Below, piece by piece: positions 12,226-21,297 of a DNA stretch of 64,000 nucleotides. How positions within the stretch are numbered: position 1 is the first letter of the stretch; each line of letters starts with the position of its first letter. The notes under the pieces were generated by a model. The model was not told the origin of the DNA. It searched no databases and saw only the letters and a program-made list of their open reading frames with translations. This DNA is from an uncultured delta proteobacterium (lineage in GTDB: Bacteria > Myxococcota_A > Polyangia > Polyangiales > Polyangiaceae): contig CAWJCS010000005.1 in assembly GCA_963841435.1 (NCBI GenBank), forward strand, positions 1,056,001-1,120,000, read 5' to 3'. Both the position numbers and the translations under genes were made by a program.

Positions 12226-12456
12226 CTAGTGGCGCAGCGAGTAGGCCGGCGGATCGCTCGCAGGAGGCGATCCCCACGAAGAGTCGTCCACCCTGTCGCG
12301 CTCACTCGAGGAAGGCAGAAAGCCTCGCGGCCGCCGTCCGAGGGCGCCGAGCGCCGAAAGCCCGACCCAGCCCGCCCTGATCCGGCGTCTTCGTGCCATG
12401 CGGCTGTCCACGCGTCGCGACATGGCGAGCAAATCGAACGTCTCGTTGGCGGTCAT
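12226..12456 (-). CDS. small hypothetical protein with PASDPP motif
   Basis: C-terminal DRVDDSSWGSPPASDPPA resembles the recurring SFPASDPP small-protein motif; GAAGG RBS upstream. Confidence 0.5.
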   Translation of the reverse strand: MTANETFDLLAMSRRVDSRMARRRRIRAGWVGLSALGALGRRPRGFLPSSSERDRVDDSSWGSPPASDPPAYSLRH

Positions 12457-12510
12457 GACTTACCTTCGATCTCGATCTTGCTTCGGCGCTCGGACGCCTT
12501 TCGACGCCGA

Positions 12511-12708
12511 TCAGAGCCCCGAAATGAACGTGTTGACTTCACGCTCGGCGCGATCCCTCTGGTAGCCGTAGTGCTGCTGTAGTCAACCTACGAGCTTTTC
12601 TCGTTCGCCGCCGATGACCTCGAGATCGTCGTCCGTGAGCTTGCCCCACTTGGTCTTTACCGTCCCCTTGAAGACACGCCACTGACCTTTGATGTTGTCC
12701 CAGTTCAT
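12511..12708 (-). pseudogene. csbD: CsbD-family stress protein with in-frame TGA at 12583-12585
   Basis: MNWDNIKGQWRVFKGTVKTKWGKLTDDDLEVIGGEREKLVG*LQQHYGYQRDRAEREVNTFISGL; family similarity continues past the stop. Confidence 0.85.
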
Positions 12709-12765
12709 GCTCTTCCTTCCTGGTTGTCGACGATCGCCACGATGGCGACCGATGGGACGTCTCGG

Positions 12766-12781
12766 TGCACCATCCATGCCA
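12766..12781 (-). promoter_or_regulatory. sigma54 -24/-12 promoter for csbD
   Basis: TGGCATGGATGGTGCA = GG-N10-GC, ~60 nt upstream of the ATG. Confidence 0.6.
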
Positions 12782-12797
12782 TCAAATCAGCTGCTTC

Positions 12798-12852
12798 TCG
12801 GAGCAGACGAGGGACACCGAACGGGCATCGTCGCCTCGATGGGATCATCTGC
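12798..12852. repeat. 55-bp imperfect direct repeat, copy 1 (copy 2 at 17694-17748)
   Basis: Core 12821-12852 matches 17717-17748 at 31/32; ungapped 46/55 overall. Confidence 0.85.
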
Positions 12853-13873
12853 CCCGAGCGACTTGCTGCGGCTTGCCCCGAATGGCGTCGTGGACGAAGG
12901 CGAGCTTGTCGCGAACTCGGTTCGTGACGGCAAAGGGGTAGGCGTCCCGCTGCCCGAGGCTGCGATTCATCTCGTTGAGCGCCACCGAAAGCGCCTGAAA
13001 GTCCACGAGTATCGCGTCGAACGACCGTTCGCGGGCAGCGTCGGGCGGCCCGTCCAGCAAGCGCTGAGCGAACGCGGTTTCGAGGGCGTCGACGACGTGA
13101 AGGTAGTGCGCGAAGACCTCCGCCCAGTCTTCGAGCGGGTGAGCCGAAGCATAGGAGCTGATGAACTCGTTCTGCCAGCCATCGGGTGGTCCGGCGTCGT
13201 ACTGGCGTGCAAGGGCGGCCGCGTAGTCTTCGCGCTCGTCACCGAAGCAGGCACGGAAGGCAGGCCGGAGGGCCTCACCGGTGAGGACCTCGAAGTAGTA
13301 GTGGCCGATCTCGTGGCGGAAGTGACCGAGCAACGTACGATAGGGCTCGTTCAGCCGCGTGCGTGCCCGCTCGCGCTCGACGGGGTCTGCCTCGTCGATG
13401 TTCAGAGTGATGAGACCAGCGGCGTGACCGGTGAGCACGGGCGCGTCGGGTCGCGGGGCCACGAAGTCGAACGCGAGGCCGTGCTCGGCATCGTCCGCCT
13501 TGCACTGCAGCGAAAGTCCCAGGAAACCGAGACCGTAGAGCAAGCGCCGCTTCGCGGCTTCCACGTTGGCCCAGCGCGTCCGATTCTCGTCGCTCGCAAG
13601 ATTCGGGATCGTTCGATTGAGAGCGCACGCGCTGCAGCGCGCGACTCCGGCATCGACGCCCACGAGCCAGTTGCAACCCGCGCCGAGCGCGTGGTTCTCG
13701 CAGCGCCGGAGGCGCGTTTGCGCGTGCTCCCAGACCGGGGCGTCGCCCTCCCGCGTGGCGGTCGAGAGCATCGTAGCCGTCTCGGAAACGTATCCGAGCT
13801 CGTTGCCACAAGCGACACAGCGCTGATCGTCGAAGAAGACCCGAGCCCCACACCGACATTCGAAATTTCGCAT
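12845..13873 (-). CDS. putative zinc-binding metallopeptidase (zinc ribbon + DUF2248/Peptidase_Mx-like)
   Basis: N-terminal CxC..CxxC; EPYRTLLGHFRHEIGHYY; YASAHPLEDWAE. Confidence 0.88.
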   Translation of the reverse strand: MRNFECRCGARVFFDDQRCVACGNELGYVSETATMLSTATREGDAPVWEHAQTRLRRCENHALGAGCNWLVGVDAGVARCSACALNRTIPNLASDENRTRWANVEAAKRRLLYGLGFLGLSLQCKADDAEHGLAFDFVAPRPDAPVLTGHAAGLITLNIDEADPVERERARTRLNEPYRTLLGHFRHEIGHYYFEVLTGEALRPAFRACFGDEREDYAAALARQYDAGPPDGWQNEFISSYASAHPLEDWAEVFAHYLHVVDALETAFAQRLLDGPPDAARERSFDAILVDFQALSVALNEMNRSLGQRDAYPFAVTNRVRDKLAFVHDAIRGKPQQVARGR

Positions 13874-13885
13874 ACCGGCAAGGAG

Positions 13886-13901
13886 TGCAGAGAGCGTGCC
13901 A
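13886..13901 (-). promoter_or_regulatory. sigma54 promoter
   Basis: TGGCACGCTCTCTGCA; predicted +1 near 13875, 2 nt before ATG 13873. Confidence 0.7.
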
Positions 13902-13921
13902 GGCGAGATCCCCGCCCGACC

Positions 13922-15061
13922 TCAGCGTCGCATGAGCTGCGGAATGAGCGCGAGCCGGGGGCTGTGCTCGCAGACGATCGTCACCAACATGAGGAGGGGC
14001 ACGGCGAGCACGGCGCCGGCGATGCCCCAGAGCCACGCCCAGAACACGATCCACAGGAAAACCACCAGGGGACTTACCCGAAAGCGGTGGCCCAGCACGA
14101 GCGGCGTGATGAAGTTGCCCTCGATCGTCGTCATGGCGAGATAAACGAGGGGAGGAGTGACGCACGCACCCAGGGTGTCGAAGCTCACGAGCGCCGCGAC
14201 CCCGACGATACCAATCCCGACCGCGGGTCCGAGGTACGGCACGAAGTTCACGAGGCACGCCATGCCGCCCCAGAGCACGGGATTCGGCATGCCCACGGCG
14301 TAGAGCGAAACCGCGAGCGCCACCCCGAGCCCGAGGTTGATGAGCGTCACGGTCCCGAGGTAGCGCGCCATCTGGCGCTCGACGGCATTGATGAGGGAAC
14401 CGGCACGCGTCCGCTCCTCGAATTCTGGCAAGAAATGGAACAAGCGGCCGAGCAGAACGTCGCCGTCGAGCAAAAGGAAGTAGCTCGCGACGAGCGTCAC
14501 GACGAGGTGCGCGAGGAAGCCAGGCGCACCGTCGAGCAGCGTCGCGAACGGACCCGGCGCGGACAGCGTGACCTGCGGCAGCGCGGCGTCGGGCTCCTTC
14601 ACGGCCGTGGCGCGCTCGAGCTTGGTGGCGAGGATGGAAAGGCGCTCCATGGGCGCCTTGAGCGCACGGCTCTTGAATTCGACCTGCCGCACCGCAACGG
14701 GCAAGCGTTCGGCCCACGTCAACGCGGGACCCGAGAGCCCGAACCCGGCGACCGCGAGCGCGCCGACCGCCAAAGCGAGCACGAGCACGCCTGCGAGCGA
14801 CTTGGGTACACCTGCGCGGCGAAGCCCACGCACCGCCGGACGCAGCATGAGATAGAGCATCATGCCGAACGCCAGTGGAACCACGACACTTCGAGCGGCA
14901 TAGAGCGCCGCGAACAGCGCGATGAGGAGCACCACGCCGAACCCGCCCGTGCTCCGACCGCGCGGCGAAGGGCGGCGACGTGGGCCCGTGGGCAACGGCG
15001 CGTCCTCGGACACGGGACGCGCGCGGGGCGTCGGGGCAAGAGAGTTGACGGAGGAGATCAT
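13922..15061 (-). CDS. AI-2E family transporter
   Basis: Multiple TMs; NFVPYLGP, IEGNFITPLVLG, WLWGIAGAVLAVP. Confidence 0.9.
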   Translation of the reverse strand: MISSVNSLAPTPRARPVSEDAPLPTGPRRRPSPRGRSTGGFGVVLLIALFAALYAARSVVVPLAFGMMLYLMLRPAVRGLRRAGVPKSLAGVLVLALAVGALAVAGFGLSGPALTWAERLPVAVRQVEFKSRALKAPMERLSILATKLERATAVKEPDAALPQVTLSAPGPFATLLDGAPGFLAHLVVTLVASYFLLLDGDVLLGRLFHFLPEFEERTRAGSLINAVERQMARYLGTVTLINLGLGVALAVSLYAVGMPNPVLWGGMACLVNFVPYLGPAVGIGIVGVAALVSFDTLGACVTPPLVYLAMTTIEGNFITPLVLGHRFRVSPLVVFLWIVFWAWLWGIAGAVLAVPLLMLVTIVCEHSPRLALIPQLMRR

Positions 15062-15076
15062 GGGGCGGCCGCGCGC

Positions 15077-15589
15077 TCAGCGGTCGACGGAATGGGAAGA
15101 ACCCAGCGCCATCTTCTGGTGATATCGGGCATCAGCATCGTCCGAGGCCCGTTCGCCCTTGACGAGCGCCTTCGCGGCATGGGCTGCATAGAAAAGCCCG
15201 TTCACTCCGTGCAAATCCCAGAGCTCGGCGGCGAGCGGCGACACGCGCAGTGCGACCGCGTGCGGGTCCTGCGCTCCGTCCGGAAACCAGGGCCGGAGCT
15301 CCTCGCTGAACAACCGCTCCAAGAGCTCGGGTGAACGCTCGAGCGATGCCGCACCCGTGATGGACACGAATCGTCTGCCGTCTTGAAAGACGACGCCCAC
15401 CCGCTGGTCCGATTCGATCTCGAGCGCCTTGCCCGAATCGGCAGCCGTAAAGAACCACAGCGTCCCATCGGATTCGATCTCGGCGACACGCAACGGTCGG
15501 GCTCGCAGACCACCATGCGCGTCGTGCGTAACGAGCATGGCGGTCTTGAAGCTGGAAAGGACGTCGAAAAGCCGCGATCCCTCAGGCAT
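15077..15589 (-). CDS. pyridoxamine 5'-phosphate oxidase-like general stress protein
   Basis: TAMLVT..LRARPL..LWFFT...FVSITG...WFPDG..DP...AELWD. Confidence 0.85.
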   Translation of the reverse strand: MPEGSRLFDVLSSFKTAMLVTHDAHGGLRARPLRVAEIESDGTLWFFTAADSGKALEIESDQRVGVVFQDGRRFVSITGAASLERSPELLERLFSEELRPWFPDGAQDPHAVALRVSPLAAELWDLHGVNGLFYAAHAAKALVKGERASDDADARYHQKMALGSSHSVDR

Positions 15590-15601
15590 GACACGGCTCC
15601 A

Positions 15602-15617
15602 AGCAAGGCCCGGGCCG
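15602..15617 (-). promoter_or_regulatory. sigma54 promoter
   Basis: CGGCCCGGGCCTTGCT = GG-N10-GC with TTGC; predicted +1 near 15591, 2 nt before ATG 15589. Confidence 0.55.
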
Positions 15618-15824
15618 AACGCGACGCCTCCCATGATCCTGCGCTTTCCGCGTGCGAGCCTTGCGTGCGGAGCGCGCGTGCGTCGCCGCACAATGTCGCG
15701 ATGTGACAACTTGCCACGCCGAACGCCGCTCGCGACACGCGACACAGGGGCGCCGGGCACGGATTCTGCACCCCTCAGCCTGGAAATCGGAACTGACCAT
15801 TCCCACACCCGGTCGAGTTGGCTC

Positions 15825-17777
15825 ATGCATGAAGGCCTAGCGGAGAACGCCGGACTCACGGTCGCCGTCGCGCTCGTCGGGGGCGTGCTCGTCCAGGCGC
15901 TCGCCCAGCGCGTGGGTGTCCCCGGCATCGTACCGCTGCTCCTCACGGGCATCCTGCTCGGTCCCGACGGTCTCAACGTCGTCCAGCCGGCCACGCTCGG
16001 ACGCGCCCTGCCTTCGCTCGTGAACGTCGCAGTCGCGGTGATTCTGTTCGAGGGCGGCCTCAATTTGAAACTGACACGCATCCGGCGCCTCGCCCGGCCG
16101 ATCCGGCGGCTGCTCACGCTCGGAGCGCTCGTCACGTTCGCAGGCGCCACGTTGACGATTCGCTGGTGCATGGGGTGGACGTGGTCGCTTTCCGTCGTAG
16201 CCGGATCGCTGATGATCGTCACGGGGCCCACGGTGATCCATCCGCTGCTCCGGCGAATCGGCGTGGAGCGCCGTGCGGCGACCGTCCTCGAAGCGGAAGG
16301 CGTGTTCGTGGACGCTGTCGGCGCCATCGTCGCCGTGGCGGCCATGGAAGTGGTCCTCAAGGAGACCCAGCCGACGGCGGGGCCATTTCATCTGGCGTTG
16401 CGGCTTTCGGCCGGCGCGGCACTCGGCGCACTCGGGGGCGCGGTCATCGCGGCCATCTTTCGTCTGCGCCCGCTGGTCCCTCGCGAGCTCGAGAACGTGA
16501 CGGCACTCGCGCTGGCGTTGCTCCTGTTTCAAGTGTCGAACGCGGTCCTACCCGAGAGCGGACTCGCCGCCGTGATCGTCGCCGGCATGGTCGTGGGCAA
16601 CCTCGAAAGTCGGCTCTGGCGGGAGCTTCACGATTTCAAGGGTCAGCTCACGGTTCTGCTGATCGGCATGCTCTTCGTGCTGCTCGCCGCGGACGTGCGC
16701 CTGGCGGAGCTCGGGTCGCTCTGGCCGCGCGCGCTCGCCTCGGGCCTCGTTTTGATCCTCGTCGTGCGCCCTCTCGCCGTTCTGGTCTCCACGGTCGGCT
16801 CCGAGCTCGCTTGGCGCCAACGTGCGTTCATCGCGTGGATCGGACCGCGGGGCATCGTTGCGGCGGCGATGGCTTCGGTATTTTCCACGGAGCTGGCGCG
16901 CCACGGAATGGCGGGGGATCGCGAGCTCAGAGCGCTCGTGTTCTCGATCATTGGCCTCACGGTGCTCGCGGCCGGACTGAGCGGCGCTCCGCTCGCGCGC
17001 TGGTTGCGCCTGCGGCTCGAGCGCGACCGGGGCTTCCTCCTTTTGGGCGCCAACGCCCTCGCCCGCACCGTGGCTCGTGAGATCGAGCTCGCGGGCAGCT
17101 CCGCGTTGTGCCTCGAGCACGACCCCGCCGACTGCCGCAAAGCCGAGGAGATCGGCCTCGGCGTGATCTATGCGGACGGCCTCGACGAGCTGGCGTTGCA
17201 GCGCTCGGAGCTCGAGACGAGGCGCGGCGTCATCGCGCTTTCCCTGCGCGGCGAGCTAAATCTTCTGTTCGCGTCGCGCGCGCGGGCGTTCGACGGGGAG
17301 GTCGAGCTCTGGTTGTATCTTGGGGATCTCGATGCGCGTGCCGCGCACGAGATGGCGGAGGATCTGCGCGCACGGCACTTCGCCCGGGGGCACGACGCCG
17401 CGCGCTGGGCCCGGCGTATCGACGGCGGTGAGGCCGCCGTGGAGTATTTCGCCCGGCGAGCGGGCGAAAGCGGCGCCGCCTCGGAGGTCGACGGCCATGG
17501 CGCCGGAGGGCTCTATCTTCCGCTCCTGGTGATCGGAGCGGACGGGCCGGCACTCGCCAACGGAGTGCTCGCGCTCGGAGAAGGCGAAAGGCTCGCCGTG
17601 CTCACTCACACGCCGCGGCGCGGCGACGCACGGGCTCACTTGCTCGAACGTGGCTTCGCGCCGTTCGACGAGCCCGCGCCCCGAGTCGGACCGTCGGAGC
17701 AAACGGGTTGTACCCGACGGGCGTCGTCGCCTCGATGGGATCATCTGCGCGGAGCGGCCAAACCCTCGAGCTTTTGA
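15825..17777 (+). CDS. cation:proton antiporter (CPA1/NhaP-type) with C-terminal RCK/TrkA-N-like domain
   Basis: AVILFEGGL, VTGPTVI, LEAEGVFVDAVG, WIGPRGIVAA, LLGANALAR. Confidence 0.88.
   Translation: MHEGLAENAGLTVAVALVGGVLVQALAQRVGVPGIVPLLLTGILLGPDGLNVVQPATLGRALPSLVNVAVAVILFEGGLNLKLTRIRRLARPIRRLLTLGALVTFAGATLTIRWCMGWTWSLSVVAGSLMIVTGPTVIHPLLRRIGVERRAATVLEAEGVFVDAVGAIVAVAAMEVVLKETQPTAGPFHLALRLSAGAALGALGGAVIAAIFRLRPLVPRELENVTALALALLLFQVSNAVLPESGLAAVIVAGMVVGNLESRLWRELHDFKGQLTVLLIGMLFVLLAADVRLAELGSLWPRALASGLVLILVVRPLAVLVSTVGSELAWRQRAFIAWIGPRGIVAAAMASVFSTELARHGMAGDRELRALVFSIIGLTVLAAGLSGAPLARWLRLRLERDRGFLLLGANALARTVAREIELAGSSALCLEHDPADCRKAEEIGLGVIYADGLDELALQRSELETRRGVIALSLRGELNLLFASRARAFDGEVELWLYLGDLDARAAHEMAEDLRARHFARGHDAARWARRIDGGEAAVEYFARRAGESGAASEVDGHGAGGLYLPLLVIGADGPALANGVLALGEGERLAVLTHTPRRGDARAHLLERGFAPFDEPAPRVGPSEQTGCTRRASSPRWDHLRGAAKPSSF
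17694..17748. repeat. 55-bp imperfect direct repeat, copy 2
   Basis: Matches 12798-12852; lies in the last codons of the antiporter ORF. Confidence 0.85.
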
Positions 17778-17810
17778 CGATCAGGCAAAACCACCGGAGA
17801 ATGCACGCGC

Positions 17811-19004
17811 GTGCGGATCTTCGGTCTGCGGGACCTGCTCGAGCGCGCTCGGCAGCTGGGTCGGCGAGCGGGAACCTTCGGTTTCATCGCAGCGGTCGTC
17901 ACGCTGTACGTCGCGAGCGCAGCGCTTCGGACTCGGAGCTACGGCGACCACGTCTCGGCGCTCGTCGGCTTCGGCTGCTCGCCCGAGAACTGCTACGCCG
18001 CGCAGAACGAAGCCAGCCTGCCGCGCCGCGCGGTGGTGTTCCGCACCGGCGGCTACGACGGACAGTTCTTCTACTATCTCGGCCGCGAGCTCTTCGGCGG
18101 GCCACGAGCATCGGTCGATTCCGACCCATTCCGGCGCGCTCGCATCGGCCTGCCGCTGCTCGCCGGTCCGCTACTCGCCGCGGGCGACCTCGGACGCGTG
18201 CTGGGTTTGCCCATCACGCTCCTGCTCCTTCACCTCGCGTCGGTGTGGGGGCTCGCTCGATCGCCCGCGCCACGCCTGCTCGTCGCGACGTTCGCGCTGA
18301 ACCCCTTCTCGCTGCTCTGCTTCCTGCATTCGGTCGCCGACGGCGCGGCGCTCTCGCTCGCCGTGCTCGCTGCGCTGGCCGCGCAGGCCCGGAGCCCTTG
18401 GCGCCACGCAGGGCTTCTTCTGCTCGCGCTCTCGATGCTGACCAAGGAAGCGATGCTGCTCGTTGCCGTGGCGCTCGGCGCCCGGGCGCTACTCGACGGG
18501 GCCGCCTCGCCGCGCGCCCGTGCCGTACGCGTCGCCGGCTACGCGGCGAGCCTCGTGCCCATGCTCGTGTGGTGGCAGCGAGTGGGCTTTTCGCCGGGGC
18601 TCGCCGCGCGGCACGGCGGCTTCCCCTTCTTGGGCCTTGCCACCTACGCCCCCCACGCGAAGTTGCAACAGGTCGTGCTGATCGTCGTGCTCGTGCTTGC
18701 CGCCGGTACGGGCCTGAGCGCGCTCAAGGACGCTCGCACCCGGCCACCCGCCCTCCTCGTGCTCGGCACTCTCGCGCTGGTTTCGGCCGCCACGGCAGGC
18801 GAATACTGGGCAACGTTCGCGAACGTCGCCCGGCTCTTCACGCCCCTCGTCGCCGCGCCGGCGCTGCTCGAAGAGGCTCCGGTCTCTCCCGCCATCCGCC
18901 GCTGGGTGCTCGCACTCTGTAGCTCCCTGCTGCTGCTCACGTCGATCCTCCTCGTGCGCGAAGCGACGGTCCCGCCGCTGCCGTACTTCGTCATGGGCGG
19001 GTAG
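17811..19004 (+). CDS. multi-pass GT-C-like membrane protein (AZOBR_p60025-like cell-surface glycopolymer family)
   Basis: GYDGQFFYY...RRARIGLPLLA, LTKE motif, about ten hydrophobic segments. Confidence 0.65.
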   Translation: MRIFGLRDLLERARQLGRRAGTFGFIAAVVTLYVASAALRTRSYGDHVSALVGFGCSPENCYAAQNEASLPRRAVVFRTGGYDGQFFYYLGRELFGGPRASVDSDPFRRARIGLPLLAGPLLAAGDLGRVLGLPITLLLLHLASVWGLARSPAPRLLVATFALNPFSLLCFLHSVADGAALSLAVLAALAAQARSPWRHAGLLLLALSMLTKEAMLLVAVALGARALLDGAASPRARAVRVAGYAASLVPMLVWWQRVGFSPGLAARHGGFPFLGLATYAPHAKLQQVVLIVVLVLAAGTGLSALKDARTRPPALLVLGTLALVSAATAGEYWATFANVARLFTPLVAAPALLEEAPVSPAIRRWVLALCSSLLLLTSILLVREATVPPLPYFVMGG

Positions 19005-19143
19005 ACCGCCGCGGGTCGGGAGCCCGCTGCCCCCGGTGGGCGGGTTGCTCGAAAACGGACGCAACTTCGCCGTGCCCCGCCCGACCTTGCATCTCGACCA
19101 CGCGAAGCGGCCTCGCCGCTCGCACTAGCGAAGGGACCAGCAC

Positions 19144-19860
19144 ATGACACAAAGTGTGGGATCGAGCGCAGTCACCGCCGGCGGCTACGAGTATGGCTTC
19201 GACGCGACCGCCGAAGGACCGGCCGGCTACATCAGCGACGACGAGCTGACGCTCTGGATGCAGGAAAAATCCACCGAACAATACGACCGCGTGCGGAGCA
19301 TGATGGAGATGTTGACCACGCGGGGCAAGCTCATGCGCGATCTCGCGCACGTGCAAGCGGCCCTCGATAAAGTGGGTGACGATCCGCAGGCGGCGCTCGA
19401 TGCCGTCAACGCAATCCAGACGGCCTACGCGGACACCGAATACGCCAAGGAGCTCGAGTCGACCCTCGCTCCCATTCACGATCAGCTGACCGTCTACGTC
19501 GCGATGGAACAGACGCTCGACGCGTACTTCGCCGGACGGCCGACTGAAGGAGGCGGGCCGGTGGGCGACGAGCTGGAGGCCATGTTCGCGGCTGTCACGG
19601 GGGACACGGTCAACCTCGAAGACCCGATGGACATGACACGGAAGAAGAGCGCGCTCCAGACGAGCATCCAGTCGAGCTGGAGGGTCGCCTCGGGCGAGGT
19701 CAAGGCGATGCTCGACTCGCTCGGTCGCGATGACCAGCTCGCTCTCACCGAGATCCAGGGCGCCATGGCCGATGCCCGGGAAACGGCCCAGCTCGCTTCG
19801 AACATCATGTCGAGCGAGCACCAGGCGCTCCAGGCGATCGTCGGCAACATTCGCGCGTGA
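19144..19860 (+). CDS. T3SS tip/filament-like protein (SctA; EspA/SseB/LcrV-like C-terminal helix)
   Basis: Helical, hydrophilic, no signal peptide; ends DQLALTEIQGAMADARETAQLASNIMSSEHQALQAIVGNIRA; GAAGGGA RBS. Confidence 0.6.
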   Translation: MTQSVGSSAVTAGGYEYGFDATAEGPAGYISDDELTLWMQEKSTEQYDRVRSMMEMLTTRGKLMRDLAHVQAALDKVGDDPQAALDAVNAIQTAYADTEYAKELESTLAPIHDQLTVYVAMEQTLDAYFAGRPTEGGGPVGDELEAMFAAVTGDTVNLEDPMDMTRKKSALQTSIQSSWRVASGEVKAMLDSLGRDDQLALTEIQGAMADARETAQLASNIMSSEHQALQAIVGNIRA

Positions 19861-19864
19861 GATC

Positions 19865-20662
19865 ATGAGCCCCGTCGCAAGCGCACCCATGGAACCGGAG
19901 CAGGGCGCCGCGCCCCAGTTCGGCATCGGTCCCACCGCGGACGCCCTGCCGAACGACCTCTCTTCGGCACTGCTCGCCCTGGTCATGCAGAGCCGCACGA
20001 GCTTGAACGAAGCCGCTCGCTCCGAGGTCGAGCACGCCCAGGATCTGATGGAGTGGGCCAAACACCAGATCGAAGCCGCCATGGAGCGCGCCCGGGAAGC
20101 CGAGAAGCACGCAGGCTTCTTCGGCTCCTTGAGCGACGTGCTCGGGGTCGACATCGCGACCGTCGCGAGCGTCGTGGCGAGCGCCGCCATCATCGTCGGG
20201 ACGGGGGGCGCGGGCGCGCCGGCCGTCATCGCCCTCGCTGCCACGGGTCTCTCGGTGGCCAGTGAGGTCGGCGAGCGGCTCGGCCTCGATCCGAAGGTCT
20301 GCGCGTTGCTGGCGGCGGGCGGCGCGGTCGCGGGGGTCGCAACGGGTAACCTCGCGGCCCCGGCCGGCGTCTGCGGTAGCGTCGCGACGACGGCCAACGT
20401 CGTCCGGGCGGGCGCCACGGCCGCAGGCGGCGCCGCTCACGCCGTCGAAGGGCAGTACCAGGCCGATGCGCTCGATGCCCGAGCGGAAGCGCAGGCCGGA
20501 AAGAACACCGACCGGAGCGCCGAGCAGCGCTTCGACAGCGCCATCGAGACACTCGAGAAGGTCGCGCGCGACCTCGAGCGAGCGCGGAGCACGACCTCGG
20601 CCATCGAGCGCATCCGGAGCGAGACGGCAATGTCCGTCATTGCCGCGATAGGAGGAGCATGA
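19865..20662 (+). CDS. T3SS major translocator-like protein (SctE; SseC/YopB/EspD-like)
   Basis: Coiled coil ending AREAEKHAGFFGSL, then hydrophobic hairpin IATVASVVASAAIIVGTGGAGAPAVIALAA, second hydrophobic segment, C-terminal coiled coil. Confidence 0.68.
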   Translation: MSPVASAPMEPEQGAAPQFGIGPTADALPNDLSSALLALVMQSRTSLNEAARSEVEHAQDLMEWAKHQIEAAMERAREAEKHAGFFGSLSDVLGVDIATVASVVASAAIIVGTGGAGAPAVIALAATGLSVASEVGERLGLDPKVCALLAAGGAVAGVATGNLAAPAGVCGSVATTANVVRAGATAAGGAAHAVEGQYQADALDARAEAQAGKNTDRSAEQRFDSAIETLEKVARDLERARSTTSAIERIRSETAMSVIAAIGGA

Positions 20663-21204
20663 TGAGCGACATCCAAGTCACGTCGAGCGATCCGTTGATC
20701 CAGCTCGCCGCGTTGATGATCGAGAACGATTCGGTCCAGGACGAGGCCAATCAGCAAGCGCTCGATGCCGCGCGGCGCGCCGAGGAGCGCGCCGGCGCCG
20801 AACAGGTCGCGGCGCTCCGCGACGCCGCGTCGGCCGTTGCCACGGGGGCGCTCGTGGAAGGTGGCCTTCGGGTCGTCGGCGGCGTCACTTCGGGCATCGC
20901 CATCGGAGAAGGTGGCACGAGCGAGACGGGCCCCGCGGACATGAAGGTGCTCGCGCGCTCGGGCGACGCCGTGACGAGCCTGGGCGCCCCGCTCGGAGCG
21001 CTCACGGGTGAAGCGCCCAAGCTCCGCGCCCAGGCGGAAGCCACGCGCGCCGAGCACGCGGCGAACCTCGCCTCGAACGACATCGAGACGGCGCGCGAGC
21101 GACTTTCGCACGGTGATCACCACGCGAGCGCGGTGCTCGATCTGCTGGAGAAGTGCCTCGAGACCGAAGCACAGGGCACCGCCGCCGTTCTCGGCAACTT
21201 TTGA
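20659..21204 (+). CDS. T3SS minor translocator-like protein (SctB; SseD/YopD/EspB-like)
   Basis: Coiled coil, one Gly/Ala-rich hydrophobic segment, amphipathic C-terminus ending AAVLGNF; ATGA overlap and GGAGGA RBS. Confidence 0.58.
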   Translation: MMSDIQVTSSDPLIQLAALMIENDSVQDEANQQALDAARRAEERAGAEQVAALRDAASAVATGALVEGGLRVVGGVTSGIAIGEGGTSETGPADMKVLARSGDAVTSLGAPLGALTGEAPKLRAQAEATRAEHAANLASNDIETARERLSHGDHHASAVLDLLEKCLETEAQGTAAVLGNF

Positions 21205-21297
21205 AGGATTTTGCAGCCGGGCGAGCCGCGGCGGTAAGATGGATGTTCGGGGTGAGCGGCGCCGCTGGGCGCGCCCGCGGGCAACGTGTCGCGCCGC

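Noticed and set aside
12583-12585. Selenocysteine recoding in csbD
   Set aside because: The position is not a Cys site in CsbD and no convincing SECIS hairpin follows
12689-15334. 881-aa plus-strand ORF (and similar long ORFs, e.g. 29329..31632, 23160..24905)
   Set aside because: Antisense shadows of real genes, expected in high-GC DNA; no motifs
19056-19071. GG-N10-GC upstream of the translocon-like operon
   Set aside because: Lacks the TGGCAC and TTGC context; likely chance in GC-rich DNA
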